A stretch of 64,000 nt of DNA from a virus (taxonomy: Duplodnaviria; Heunggongvirae; Uroviricota; Caudoviricetes): IMG/VR virus record IMGVR_UViG_3300012943_000028, positions 176,642 through 240,641 of that record. The stretch is one strand, 5' to 3'. A program made the translations under genes and the position numbers. Numbering within the stretch: the stretch's first letter is position 1; the number at the start of each line of letters is the position of its first letter. Of this stretch, positions 37,922 to 48,300 are shown one piece after another. The notes beneath the pieces are model-generated. The model saw only the letters and a list, made by a program, of their open reading frames with translations, made no database searches and had not been told where the DNA came from.

Positions 37922-40900
37922 TCTTCTCCCATCAGAGGTTGTACGTACTTCACGTAGAGCTCGCCTTGCAGCTTGCTCGACTTCTTACCAATGCCGACGT
38001 GCTTTCGTCCCTTGCGGTTCAGCACCAACGCCACCTGTTCCGATTTGATGATCCACTTTGGGGCTCCAATCTCACGGAGCCGTTTCAAGCGGGCCAAACG
38101 TTCAGCTGGCGTGGGCAATGGCTTCTTCATGCGGCCATTGTATCACGGACCACAGGTCAAGTACACCAGACATTATGTTAACTGGTGGTCACCAACCCCA
38201 AGGTCTTCTTGGCTTCCTCGATCAGGGTGCTGCGCAGGCGCCACTTGCTGTGATACGAGTAGTCCCCAAGGGCGACGATCTTCTCGGCGATCTTCCGAAC
38301 CATGTCGTCGTATGGCTGCAGCCCGAGCTCATAGGCAATTCGCCGCTTCTCCTGCTTGAGCTCGTAGGCACGCCGTTTCCCTGGAATCGGGGCGCTCATG
38401 GACTTCGCTGCGGCAGCCAACTTCTGACGGTTCGACTTGCTCGCTCGAACTTGCTCCTCCGTCTGACCGCTCTTCTGCATCATCTGTGTGAGCAGTCGAC
38501 GTTCGGCCTTGTTTGGAATGTGACCAGCCTCGGTCGAACCAACGGCTAGAATCTTCCCAAGCTTCCGCTTTGAAAGGTGCCAGCGGGATGGACGATCGTC
38601 GTAGTCCTCATCAAACATACTTCTGCAGCTCCTTCTCGAGAAGCGCCGTTTCGGCCTTCATGGCGTTGATGCGCTTCGTCAGCGCCTTGCGTCGCAGGCC
38701 ATTGAACATTTCAGCCGCCGCCGTCTTGCTCATCTTCCGCTTGCGTGGTTTGAAGAGCTTGTCCAGCTCTTTCTTCTCGCCTGGCCTGAGGCGATACGGA
38801 GCAGGGGTTGGCGGCTTGATGCCGAGCTTCTTGAAATACGGATCGCGTGACAGGTACGACTGACACATGTACCGCATCTCAGCGTCGGTCAGGTGAACTT
38901 CCGGGTCGAACGGCATGACCGCCATCAGCTGTTCAGCTCGCTTCTTCCCGACGTTCTTCGTGAGAAGTTCAAGCGTCCGCCGCCAGCCATTGGAGATGCA
39001 GACGTGCCGCCCATTCCCATAGGCGTAGGTCAGCGAGAACTCATCATCCTTCCGTTCACCTTTACGGAGGCGTAGGTTTGTGCTGCAGCGGATGTAGCTC
39101 ATTTCGGCTGCTCCTTCGTGGTGAAGCCTTCACAGTTCTCCAACCATGTCGGGTCAAAGTTTCCTGGCCAGTTGAACCAGCCGCTGCGGACGCCGTGCGG
39201 GTTGGCGATGATGTTCAGCTGCCTTGCCGCCTTCACGGCACGCCCATCCAGCAGGGCCACGATGCCGTCGAACATGTCACCAGAGGTTCCGGTTGCGGGG
39301 TGGGCGCATGCAGAGTGCGCATCACCTGGAACGTTGCGGCGGTGAATGCACGCGTAGCAGTTGGCCTTGTTCATGCGATTCTCTCCGCTGGAACAGCTTC
39401 AGGTGCCTCGTCCAGGCTGTCGTACGACTTGATCGGAGGACCAGACGTACAGAGAACCTGGTAGCCGACGATCAGGCCATCGGCCATCAGCTCAGCGCCC
39501 ACACGGTAGAGCAGGTACTTGTTCTCCTCAGTAGCGATGACGAGCTTGTCAACGCCGCTGGTGCGGTTGAGCTTTGCGAGCTTGACCTCACCGCTTGCCA
39601 TCTCGATCATGAGAAGGTAGACCTGCGGGAGCTTCGGCTTGCGACGAAACCAATTCAGAAACTTCATCATGCTGCCACCTTTGCCAGCTCATCGCTGACC
39701 CTGTTGAGGTAGATGCTCTTCACACGAACTTCGGCGTTGCTGAGCTCACCATCACAGGTGAGGTTTTCAGGCGAGAGCTCACACTCCAGCTTTTCCTTCA
39801 GCTGGATTCGATCGTTGCGCGTGAGAGCGTTCGGATCGATCTCCTGGCAGTTGAAGAGCCGGGCCATCGTGTTGTGTTCCTCGATGAAGCGCAGCAGAGC
39901 CAGGGCTGTCGATGGAACGGTGCTCACAGCCCGCTCTCCTTCTGGCGATCGTGAAGGGCGTCGGCCAGCGACTGCACGTCGTTCACGACGCCACTGTAGT
40001 GATCGATCAGCCACTCCATCGGGTCACCGTCGCGCGCCTTGGCGGTTCCGTACGGCATGTGACTGACGTGCCGTTCGAACAGGGCGTCGAAGTTCCGCTC
40101 GACGAACGTTTCGACGTCCAGCGTGCCGGCTTCGAAGCGAGCTTCGTCAGCCTTCAGCTGCGCAGACTGCTGTGAACGAAATGGAATGGTGTTCTGCATC
40201 ATGTTCTCCTAGACTCGTTGTCCTGTTGACGCCTCAGCTTCATTCAGCATCTCGATGGCTGAGTTAAGCTGGCGCTGAATTCGTCTGATCTCGCCTGGCG
40301 TCGTGCCCGCGTTCCTCGCAATGCCGCTGTAATCCGTCAGCAGCGGAGTAGCTTCACGCATGGCCCTTGAAAGCTTGGCGATCTGCTTCTGTGTGAGCTG
40401 CATGTCAGATCACCAACCCGAGAAGTGAGGCACGTCGGCTGGCCTCCTTCAATCGAGGGTCTGGAATCCGACGGCCGCTCGTGTACTGCGCGCCTTCATC
40501 ACCATACCGTGCGATCACCGTCGGGTGGTCGGCCAGCTGGTAGCAGTGGTAGAGGTCGACCTCCTCGTCCTGGCACACGAAGCGCCCGAGGAAGGTACAG
40601 CCCATGCAGTCGTGCTGGTACCGTGGATTCTCCGTCGCCAGCTTCGAGATGTTGAGCATCGAGATGGCCTGCTGCGCCTGCACCTTCAGCTCGGTGCGAG
40701 CTGCCTCGTTGCTGAGGGTGCGCAGCGTCTGGATCAGAAAGTCGCCGTTCTTGTCGCTGACCTTGATCATGCTGCCTCCTGGTAGACCGTCCGCAGAACT
40801 TCGTCGAGCGTGTCCCACGTCTTCGGCGTGATGAAGTTGCACGAGGCGTTCAGCAGCCACGTCATCTCCTGCCGGGTGCGGTGCTCAGACGCGTTGTTGT

Positions 40901-41506
40901 TGATGAAGTCGCCGAGGCGCGTGTTCAGCGACAGCGCCGTCATGTTCTTCGTCATGTCATCGCCGACCAGGTGCCACTGATCGACCGACAGCGTGAGCAC
41001 GACCTTGCGGGTGAAGTTGACGCCGATCATACCGCCGCCAGCTGGTCACGAAGGCGCTGACCGTTTGCAGTGTTGGCGTCGATCTGCTTCTGCAGGTCGG
41101 CTCGCTTTTCCTGCCGCCGCTGCTCTGTGTGCGCCTCGATGCGCTCCATGATCTTGAGCTTGTAGGCGCCTTCACGACCGTCGATGAAGAGCTCGTCGAA
41201 ACGGAAGGTGCCGAGGCAGGAGTCGCTGTCACCGCATGTGCCACGCTCCCACATCTCGAGCGTGCCAGTCGACTCGTCGAACTCGAAGTAGTCGAACCGC
41301 ACGTAATCACGCAGATCGTAGGGCAGCGCATCGTAGTTGTAGCGCAGGTCGAGGTTCATCGCCTTGATCTGCTCCATCGCCACCCTGATCTGCGAGTGGG
41401 CGATCTCACGAACCTGGCTGTCGAAGGGCGAGCGTTCAGCCTTGATCGCCTTGATCCGATCGTTGTGTTCGTTCCACAACCGCAGAGCTTCAACGTTGGT
41501 AGTCAT
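37918..41506 (-). CDS. cluster of 11 small early-type hypothetical genes (37918, 38178, 38611, 39099, 39371, 39667, 39924, 40209, 40405, 40767, 41027)
   Basis: Mostly ATGA/GTGA-coupled 64-163 aa ORFs; 39099-39374 is Cys/His-rich. Confidence 0.68.
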
Positions 41507-41532
41507 CGTGTTTCTCCGTGTGTTCGTCGTGA

Positions 41533-42489
41533 TTAGCCGCTCGTGAGCAGGTATTCGGCACGGCGCTCCCAGTTGTCGCCACGTCCAGCCACCTTCACGA
41601 CCTGGATCAGCGTGCGGAGCGAGAGCTCCTTGGCCTGCGTCTGGAACTTCTCGAGGAAGTCCAGGGCCAGACGCTTGACCTTCATGCTGTAGTCGGGCAG
41701 GAACTCGTCGGACTTGACGAGCGTTTCCATGCGGTCGATCTTCTGCTGCGTCGTCATCGAGAGGTCGATCACGAAGGCGCGAGAGCGGACCGCCTGGTCC
41801 ACCTTGAAGAGCGGAAGGTTCGAGATGAAGATGACGCCGCCCTTGAACTCGAAGCTTCGTGGCAGGTCATCGTCGCCGAAGGACTCGGCGTTCCAGGAAA
41901 TTTGCCGCTTGTCGTAGGAGTCGAGGGCGCCCTTCAGGAGGTTCAGCGCCACCGGATCACGGAGGACCGTGTCGCAGTCGTCGAAGATGATGATGCGGTT
42001 GCGGTTCTCGTAGAGCGTGCGGTAGAGGCCCTTGGCAGTGGAGTAGCCCTTGACGACCGTGTAGAATCGCTTGTCGTCGATGGTCGCACCTTCAGCCAGG
42101 GATTCGAGGTCGATCATCTCGCGGCCGGCCTTGCGCATCGCCTTGTTCACCGTGAAGGTCTTGCCGAGACCGCCTTCACCAGTGACGAGCAGCGAGGGGG
42201 CAGTGCCGTCCTCGACCATGTAGACGAAGTCGGTGAGGAAGTCGAAGCGCTCGTTGATGCCGAACTTGTCGATGTGCTGGACGATCGGCGAGAGGGTGCT
42301 CGTTTCGACCGCACCACCGACCTCCTGAACATCGGTGACACCCATCTGCTTGGCACGACGGCAGTGGCCCTCGCGGATTCGAATGCAGACGTAGTCCTTC
42401 GAGGGAGACTGCGCCAGCACCTTGCCAAGGAACTTGGCCTGCCACTTGCCGGCGTTGTTGTCGAAGGAGAGGGTTGCGACCTTGCTCAT
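41533..42489 (-). CDS. AAA-family ATPase
   Basis: Walker A GEGGLGKT, Walker B IIIFDDCD, FISN and AVRSR; start MSKVATL. Confidence 0.85.
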   Translation of the reverse strand: MSKVATLSFDNNAGKWQAKFLGKVLAQSPSKDYVCIRIREGHCRRAKQMGVTDVQEVGGAVETSTLSPIVQHIDKFGINERFDFLTDFVYMVEDGTAPSLLVTGEGGLGKTFTVNKAMRKAGREMIDLESLAEGATIDDKRFYTVVKGYSTAKGLYRTLYENRNRIIIFDDCDTVLRDPVALNLLKGALDSYDKRQISWNAESFGDDDLPRSFEFKGGVIFISNLPLFKVDQAVRSRAFVIDLSMTTQQKIDRMETLVKSDEFLPDYSMKVKRLALDFLEKFQTQAKELSLRTLIQVVKVAGRGDNWERRAEYLLTSG

Positions 42490-42730
42490 CTGGAGATTCC
42501 TCATCGGTGCTAGAAGGTAGGGCCATTCTATCATGAACCTTCGGAAAGTACACAAAAACCTTCGGAAGCTTCCATTTTACATATTATCGGACCCCGGGGC
42601 TAGGGCCTGGGCCAGACCACGTGCTGCTGCCGGTACCGTAAATAGGTGCATAGCATTCCTATCCTCGAATGCTTCATCATATCAGATCAAACACCGCCTG
42701 CTCTGCCCACATTCGAGGAGACTCTCCAAA

Positions 42731-45361
42731 ATGCTTTTTGACAACATCAATCTGCTTGAAGGTTCAGACATTTCCAACCTTACCGTTGCGGTAGGAGCAG
42801 ACTTCCCTGAAGACGCATCCATTGGTGAGTTGTTCTACATCAGCAGCACGAGCCAGGGCAACCAGATTGGTCTTCACATCTACGATGGCGCCGACTGGCA
42901 GCTTATCGCAGAAGATGGCACTGTTAACGGCGGTGTCTCAAGCTTCAACACCCGTTCTGGCGACGTAACGCTCACGTCTGGTGACGTAACTGGCGCTCTA
43001 GCATACACACCATTGAACAAGGCCGGTGACACAATGACCGGTCAGCTCACACTGAGCGCCGATCCAACGAACGCTTTGCATGCTGTCACCAAGCAGTACG
43101 CTGACGGTATCGCTGCGGGTCTTGACCCTAAGGGTTCAGTACGCGCAGCAACCACCACCAACATCACTCTCTCGAACACTCAGTCAATTGACGGCGTTAG
43201 CGTTATCGCTGGCGACCGTGTTCTTGTCAAGAACCAGTCAACAGGATCAGAGAACGGTATCTACGTCGTATCGGCTGGCGCATGGTCACGCGCTGCAGAC
43301 TTTGACGGCTCACCATCAAACGAAGTAACTGGCGGTGCCTACTGCTTCGTTGAAGAGGGCACTGCAAACGCTGACACTGGTTGGGTTCTTACAACGAACA
43401 ACCCAATCACGATCGGGTCTACCTCTCTTGTGTTCACTCAGTTCACTGGCACTGGTGGTGCCACTGTTGCTGGCTCGAACACCCAGATTCAGTACAACAA
43501 CTCTGGCGCCCTCGGTGCTGACGCTGGTCTTTCATGGATCACCGGCTCAACAACGCTCTCAGTTGGTACGTCGACGACTGGTGGCACCATCTCTGGTACA
43601 GCAAGCTCTGCCGCTGGTAGAACTCTCACGATCATCGGCAGCACTGGCACGACTGGCAACCCTGGTGGTGCGCTCAACGTTGTGGCAGGTTCAGCTGGTT
43701 CAGGCTCGTCAGGCGGCAACCTCATCCTCGCATCAGGCGTGGGCTCATCGGCTGGTACCATCACACTTAGATCGGGTGGCGCATCAGGCAACATTGCAAT
43801 GTCAGTTGCCTCCAACTCTACAGTCAACTTCCCAGGAACTGGCAGCGTCTCGACTACAGTCACAATTTCAGGCAACACCTCATCAAGCGGAGCTCTCAAC
43901 ATCCAGCAGGGTAGCATCCTTCTCGCGGGCAGCGCTGGCACAAACGGACAGGTGCTTACGTCAAGCGGTGGTAACACTCCAACCTGGTCGAACCCAACTG
44001 CATCTGCAACTCTCACAAACACGTATGTCGGCTTCGGCGCCGGCGGCGTTCTTTCAGGCAGCACTGACCTTACATGGACGTCTGGTTCTAAGGCACTCGC
44101 AATTGGAGCAACTGGTGGCTCATCAGCCATCATCATGGGCGCACAAGGCAGCTCATCACCTGTAGTTCAGGGTGGAGATTCGGCCTCAGCTGGCGCATCT
44201 CCTATCACCTTCCGTGGTGGTAATGCGTCGGGCGCATCATCTGGATCAGGTGGCAACGTCTCAATTGCCGGTGGTACTACGACGAACTCTGGTGGCGCTG
44301 CAAGCGGTGGTACAATATCGATCAACGGCGGTGCTAAGATCGTAAACAGCTCAGGCACAGGCACCGCAGGCAATGTCTCAATTACTGGCGGTAACGCAAG
44401 CGTTACCGGTGGCTTTGCAACGAACGCTGGTAACGTGACCATCACTGGTGGTACAACGAACAGTGGTACATGCGGTAGCATCACGCTGACAGCACCAGCA
44501 CCAGCCAACGCTGTCAGCGCAGGCAACATCTCGCTCATCTGCACAAGCGGCAGCATCGGCTCTGGCGGTACAATCACGATCACCGCCGGTGGTTCATCAC
44601 CTAACGCAACGTTCACACCACAGGGTGGTCCGATCACCATCACTACCGGTTCCGGCACATTTGGTGGTGATCTAACGCTTAACGTTGGTTCAGGCAGCAC
44701 GACCGGTTCTGGCACGAGCGGTAGATTTATCGTTCAGACATCACCTGTTAACGGATCACTCACATCACGTCTTCAGATCGATGGTGCTGGCGCATGGCAG
44801 GTCAACGGCGGCACAGGCTCGAACGGTCAAGTGCTCACATCGAACGGCAGTGGCGTTCCATCATGGCAGACACCATCAGGCCTGAACGTCAGGATTATTT
44901 CTACGGCGGCAACGACCACTGGTTCTGGCGGCAACACTGCAGGCAGCCAGACTGATCGCTTCTCACACACGTTTGCAGCAAACACCCTGTCGGCAAACGG
45001 TCAGAGCGTTGAGATTACAGTGTACGGCACTCAGTCGGCAAACACCAACGCTGGCAAGTACATCAACCTCTACATCAACGGTGCGGACGTTTCTGGTGAC
45101 CTCAACTTCACCGGCAATGGTACTGCCGGCGGTTGGGAAGTTAGGGCGACGATTACACGCATCACGGCAACATCGTGCAAGGTCGCATTCACGGCAATCG
45201 TTGAGAACGCCAGCGTGACAACAAGGGCAGTCTACACTACCCCAGCCGTTGACTGGACGACCAACATGACGTTCAAGATGACGTTCAACGGTCCATCAGC
45301 CAACGACGTTGTCGGTCAGCTGTACAAGGAAGTTGTCGTTCCGATTACAACCTTCAGCTAA
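42731..45361 (+). CDS. long Gly/Ser/Thr-rich virion fibre protein
   Basis: Start MLFDNINL at 42731; the track's extension to 42533 is intergenic. Contains the VTKQYAD..VRAATT..GDRVLVKNQ..ENGIY module and many GG(N/T)(V/I)xIxGG repeats; TAAATA at 42639. Confidence 0.8.
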   Translation: MLFDNINLLEGSDISNLTVAVGADFPEDASIGELFYISSTSQGNQIGLHIYDGADWQLIAEDGTVNGGVSSFNTRSGDVTLTSGDVTGALAYTPLNKAGDTMTGQLTLSADPTNALHAVTKQYADGIAAGLDPKGSVRAATTTNITLSNTQSIDGVSVIAGDRVLVKNQSTGSENGIYVVSAGAWSRAADFDGSPSNEVTGGAYCFVEEGTANADTGWVLTTNNPITIGSTSLVFTQFTGTGGATVAGSNTQIQYNNSGALGADAGLSWITGSTTLSVGTSTTGGTISGTASSAAGRTLTIIGSTGTTGNPGGALNVVAGSAGSGSSGGNLILASGVGSSAGTITLRSGGASGNIAMSVASNSTVNFPGTGSVSTTVTISGNTSSSGALNIQQGSILLAGSAGTNGQVLTSSGGNTPTWSNPTASATLTNTYVGFGAGGVLSGSTDLTWTSGSKALAIGATGGSSAIIMGAQGSSSPVVQGGDSASAGASPITFRGGNASGASSGSGGNVSIAGGTTTNSGGAASGGTISINGGAKIVNSSGTGTAGNVSITGGNASVTGGFATNAGNVTITGGTTNSGTCGSITLTAPAPANAVSAGNISLICTSGSIGSGGTITITAGGSSPNATFTPQGGPITITTGSGTFGGDLTLNVGSGSTTGSGTSGRFIVQTSPVNGSLTSRLQIDGAGAWQVNGGTGSNGQVLTSNGSGVPSWQTPSGLNVRIISTAATTTGSGGNTAGSQTDRFSHTFAANTLSANGQSVEITVYGTQSANTNAGKYINLYINGADVSGDLNFTGNGTAGGWEVRATITRITATSCKVAFTAIVENASVTTRAVYTTPAVDWTTNMTFKMTFNGPSANDVVGQLYKEVVVPITTFS

Positions 45362-45368
45362 TTGAAGC

Positions 45369-48300
45369 TCAGGGCTTGCTGGACTCCAAGAGGAACTGCT
45401 CAGCCTCGGCCACAGGAACTTCCTTCACGTGGCCGAAGGCAGACGCCTGCTCCACGACCTTCGGTGAGCACGACATGGCCACACCGCTTCCACCATCCGC
45501 AACAGTGCAATGCTCACCGATCGAGTTGGTGAACTCTGTGACTGAGAACATCTGCACGTCTCCAGAGTACATGTAGCGGAAGTTCAGCCGCTCGTGGCTG
45601 AGGGCGCTGGTGCCTGCCGTTTCCGGCGGTGCGCAGGCGCTGAGGGCGAGGGCGGCGATGATGACGAGCTTCTTCATGTTGTCTCCTTACGAGTAGGGTT
45701 GCGTGTCACGCGTCGGCTTGTTGGTTCCGGCCTTCACCTCGGCGATGTGCTTGGCGATCAGCTCCTTGTCCACGGTCCCGCAACCGTCAGAGACCTGGTG
45801 GCCATCGACGATCAGCACTGTGCCGGGACGAAAGGTCTGGTTGTACCAGATATGCTGAGCAATGTACTCAGACGTGACGCCGTTGTCCTGGATGGAACCG
45901 TTCGGGTAGATGCGACGGCTGTGGTGGATCATTTCGCCCACCAGTTGTTGAAGGCGGCCAGGAAGATCATGATCGACAGCAGCACAGCTGCAGTGTTGAG
46001 CAGGAACGCCAGCGAGAGGAGCTCTGCGAGCTTCTTCTGCAGATCGTTTGGTGCCTGCGCCCGCAGCTCCACGATCTTGCAGCGTGTGAACCACAGCCCT
46101 AGCGACAGAACCGCTGGACCCAGAAAAATCAGCGTCAAGATCAGCTCTTTCATGCGCGCGCCCTCCCAAAGATAAGCCATTCGAGTCGACCGATGCGGAT
46201 GACGCCGCACGGCCCATCCTCAGTGTTGATGTGCTGGTGCGTTTCACCGCCGTTGAGAACCTCCTTTGCAAAGGAGGTTGCTGCCTCAGGAGAGAGGATG
46301 TTCTTCGTGAGCACCTCGTAGGCGCTCTTGCGAGCGATCGTTCCGCAGCGTGCATCAGCACCGTACTCGGCAAGCGCCTTCCGCTGCTCGAGCTCGAACG
46401 CGTGGCCGGCAGAGAGGTTCTTCGAACGGAGGATGAAGATGGTTGATGCCATGTTTACACCCTCACGATGTCGACGCCGTTGCCAAGGCTCTTCACGCAC
46501 TTCGTGATCGTGGGGAAGATGTCACCCGCCAGCTTCGAGCCCTTCGGGCGATACTGGAACTGTCCGTCCTTGTCGGGCGGAGCATCGCCGTAGATGGCAC
46601 CGACGATGCGGTTGTTGAGCTTGACGTTGAAGAGCTTCGTCTTCGGCGGGGCCTTGTCACCGATGAAGACGGTCAGGCCGCTCAGCCCGAAGCCGAGCTT
46701 CTCGATCTGCTGCGACGGGCCGAGCTTCCAGTTCGGGAACACGTCGGTGAGGATTCCCCTGCGCAGGGCGTCTTCGAGCCGGCGAGGTGAGATGGTGAAG
46801 CAGGTCCCGCCTTCGGTGCCGCCCTTGATGAACTCGTTGGTGGCCTTGCTGCGCTGGATCATGGTGGACATGTGTGCTCTCCTTCAGAAGCCGAGACGCT
46901 TGAGGTCAGCGTTCATGTAGCGGCCGAAGACGGCCATGTTGTGGGTGACGTACTTGACGCCAGCAACGTCGGTGGCGATGCTGAGGTTCGGCGTCGCCCG
47001 CTGTGAGTCGATCGCCCGCACCAGCCGCTCAGCGAGCTTGCGATCTTTCGGCGTATCGGGCAGCGAGTAGCTCAGGCGTGGCTGCTCAGCGTGCGACGTG
47101 CAGACGATGTGGACCTTGATGCACGGTTTGCCGGTGTGGTCGTCCCTCTCGACGAGGGTCATCTTGCCGGCGACGGTGATGGGTGTTTTCACGTTGGCGC
47201 TCCTGTTAGTCGAGCCGGCTGCCGGGGTAGGAGGTGATGCCGCACTCGTTGAGGTAGGCGCTGAACGCTCGTGCGTAGGCCTCCTTGCGCTCGATGCTCT
47301 GGTTGCCCTCGCTCACCCAGATGTCCCACCCGCCGTAGTACGCCTTGTGGCCACGGTTGTTGGCCTTCAGCCAGCGGGTGAAGTCACGGTTGGCCTGCGG
47401 TGATGCTTCGTGCTTCGCGGTCTTGCGGCGGTTCGGGATGCTGATCCACGCAAACCCGCACATGCCTTCCGGCTCGTGGTAGACCGTGGCGCCGGGGAGC
47501 GGCTTGCCAGTGAGGATGTCCGTCTGCACCACGTTCATCGGCGTGGGCTTCGCTGCGTTGAGGGCAGCCATACCACGGGCGTGGGCTTCGTCGTAGATGT
47601 CACGGCAGTTCATCTCGTTACCTCCGGTTCAAATCGTAGGGCAATAGTAAACTGCAACCTGAGGAAAGTACAATTCGGCCCGTTATGTTAACTGGGCCCG
47701 TTATGTTAACTGGGCTGGGTGAGCCACTCCTCTACCTTGGCGGCAGAACCCCAGCAACCGGACGGCGTGTAGTTGTAGAAGAACTTGACGTAGTCCGGCA
47801 GCAGCGTGATGTTCAACCCATCCGCCTGCTCGACGGCCTTACGAAGGTCGTTCGAGAGCACCGCCGTCAGGAAGCTGCCAGGCTTGATGCGCTGTACGAT
47901 GTAGCGCTCGATGCCGGCATGCATGTACTCGGGGATGGCAGATGCGGCCAGCTTGTTCCGCAGCGTCTGGATTTCGAGGTCGTGCATCACCTACTCCTTC
48001 TCGTTGGCCTGCATGAAAATCTTCTTGTAGCTCTCCACAGAGCCGATGAAGTTCTTGTGGAGCGGCTGGGGCTGTGGGTTCTTCGGGTCCACCTTCGCCA
48101 GAGGCTGAACCTCTGCGAGAAGGGCGATGAAGTCATCCCACATCTGTTCTGGGGTCTTGCTCACTCAGTAACCGTTGTCGTACGCAAACTCTTCGATCTT
48201 GGCGAGGGTGGACTCGCTCATCGGCTCGAAGCACGCCCCATCGCAACCTTCGACACCGCCAAGCTCCTGCGCCAGGCGCAGGCTCGACGAGCACTTGCCC

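Noticed and set aside
42533-42730. N-terminal extension of the plus-strand fibre ORF given in the track
   Set aside because: It overlaps the divergent promoter region and lies upstream of or across the TAAATA box; the composition changes sharply at MLFDN (42731).
3745-45361. Diversity-generating retroelement acting on the fibre genes
   Set aside because: No reverse transcriptase in the window. The shared modules differ at many synonymous positions rather than only at adenines, and no near-identical template/variable repeat pair was seen.
45687-46373. 228-aa ORF spanning three small genes
   Set aside because: Only the C-terminal part from MIHHSRR (45932) looks real; the rest is an alternate frame of the coupled 45929 and 46150 genes.
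47677-47712. Possible mini-CRISPR array
   Set aside because: Two directly abutting 18-bp units with no spacer and no cas genes; better explained as a promoter-associated box.
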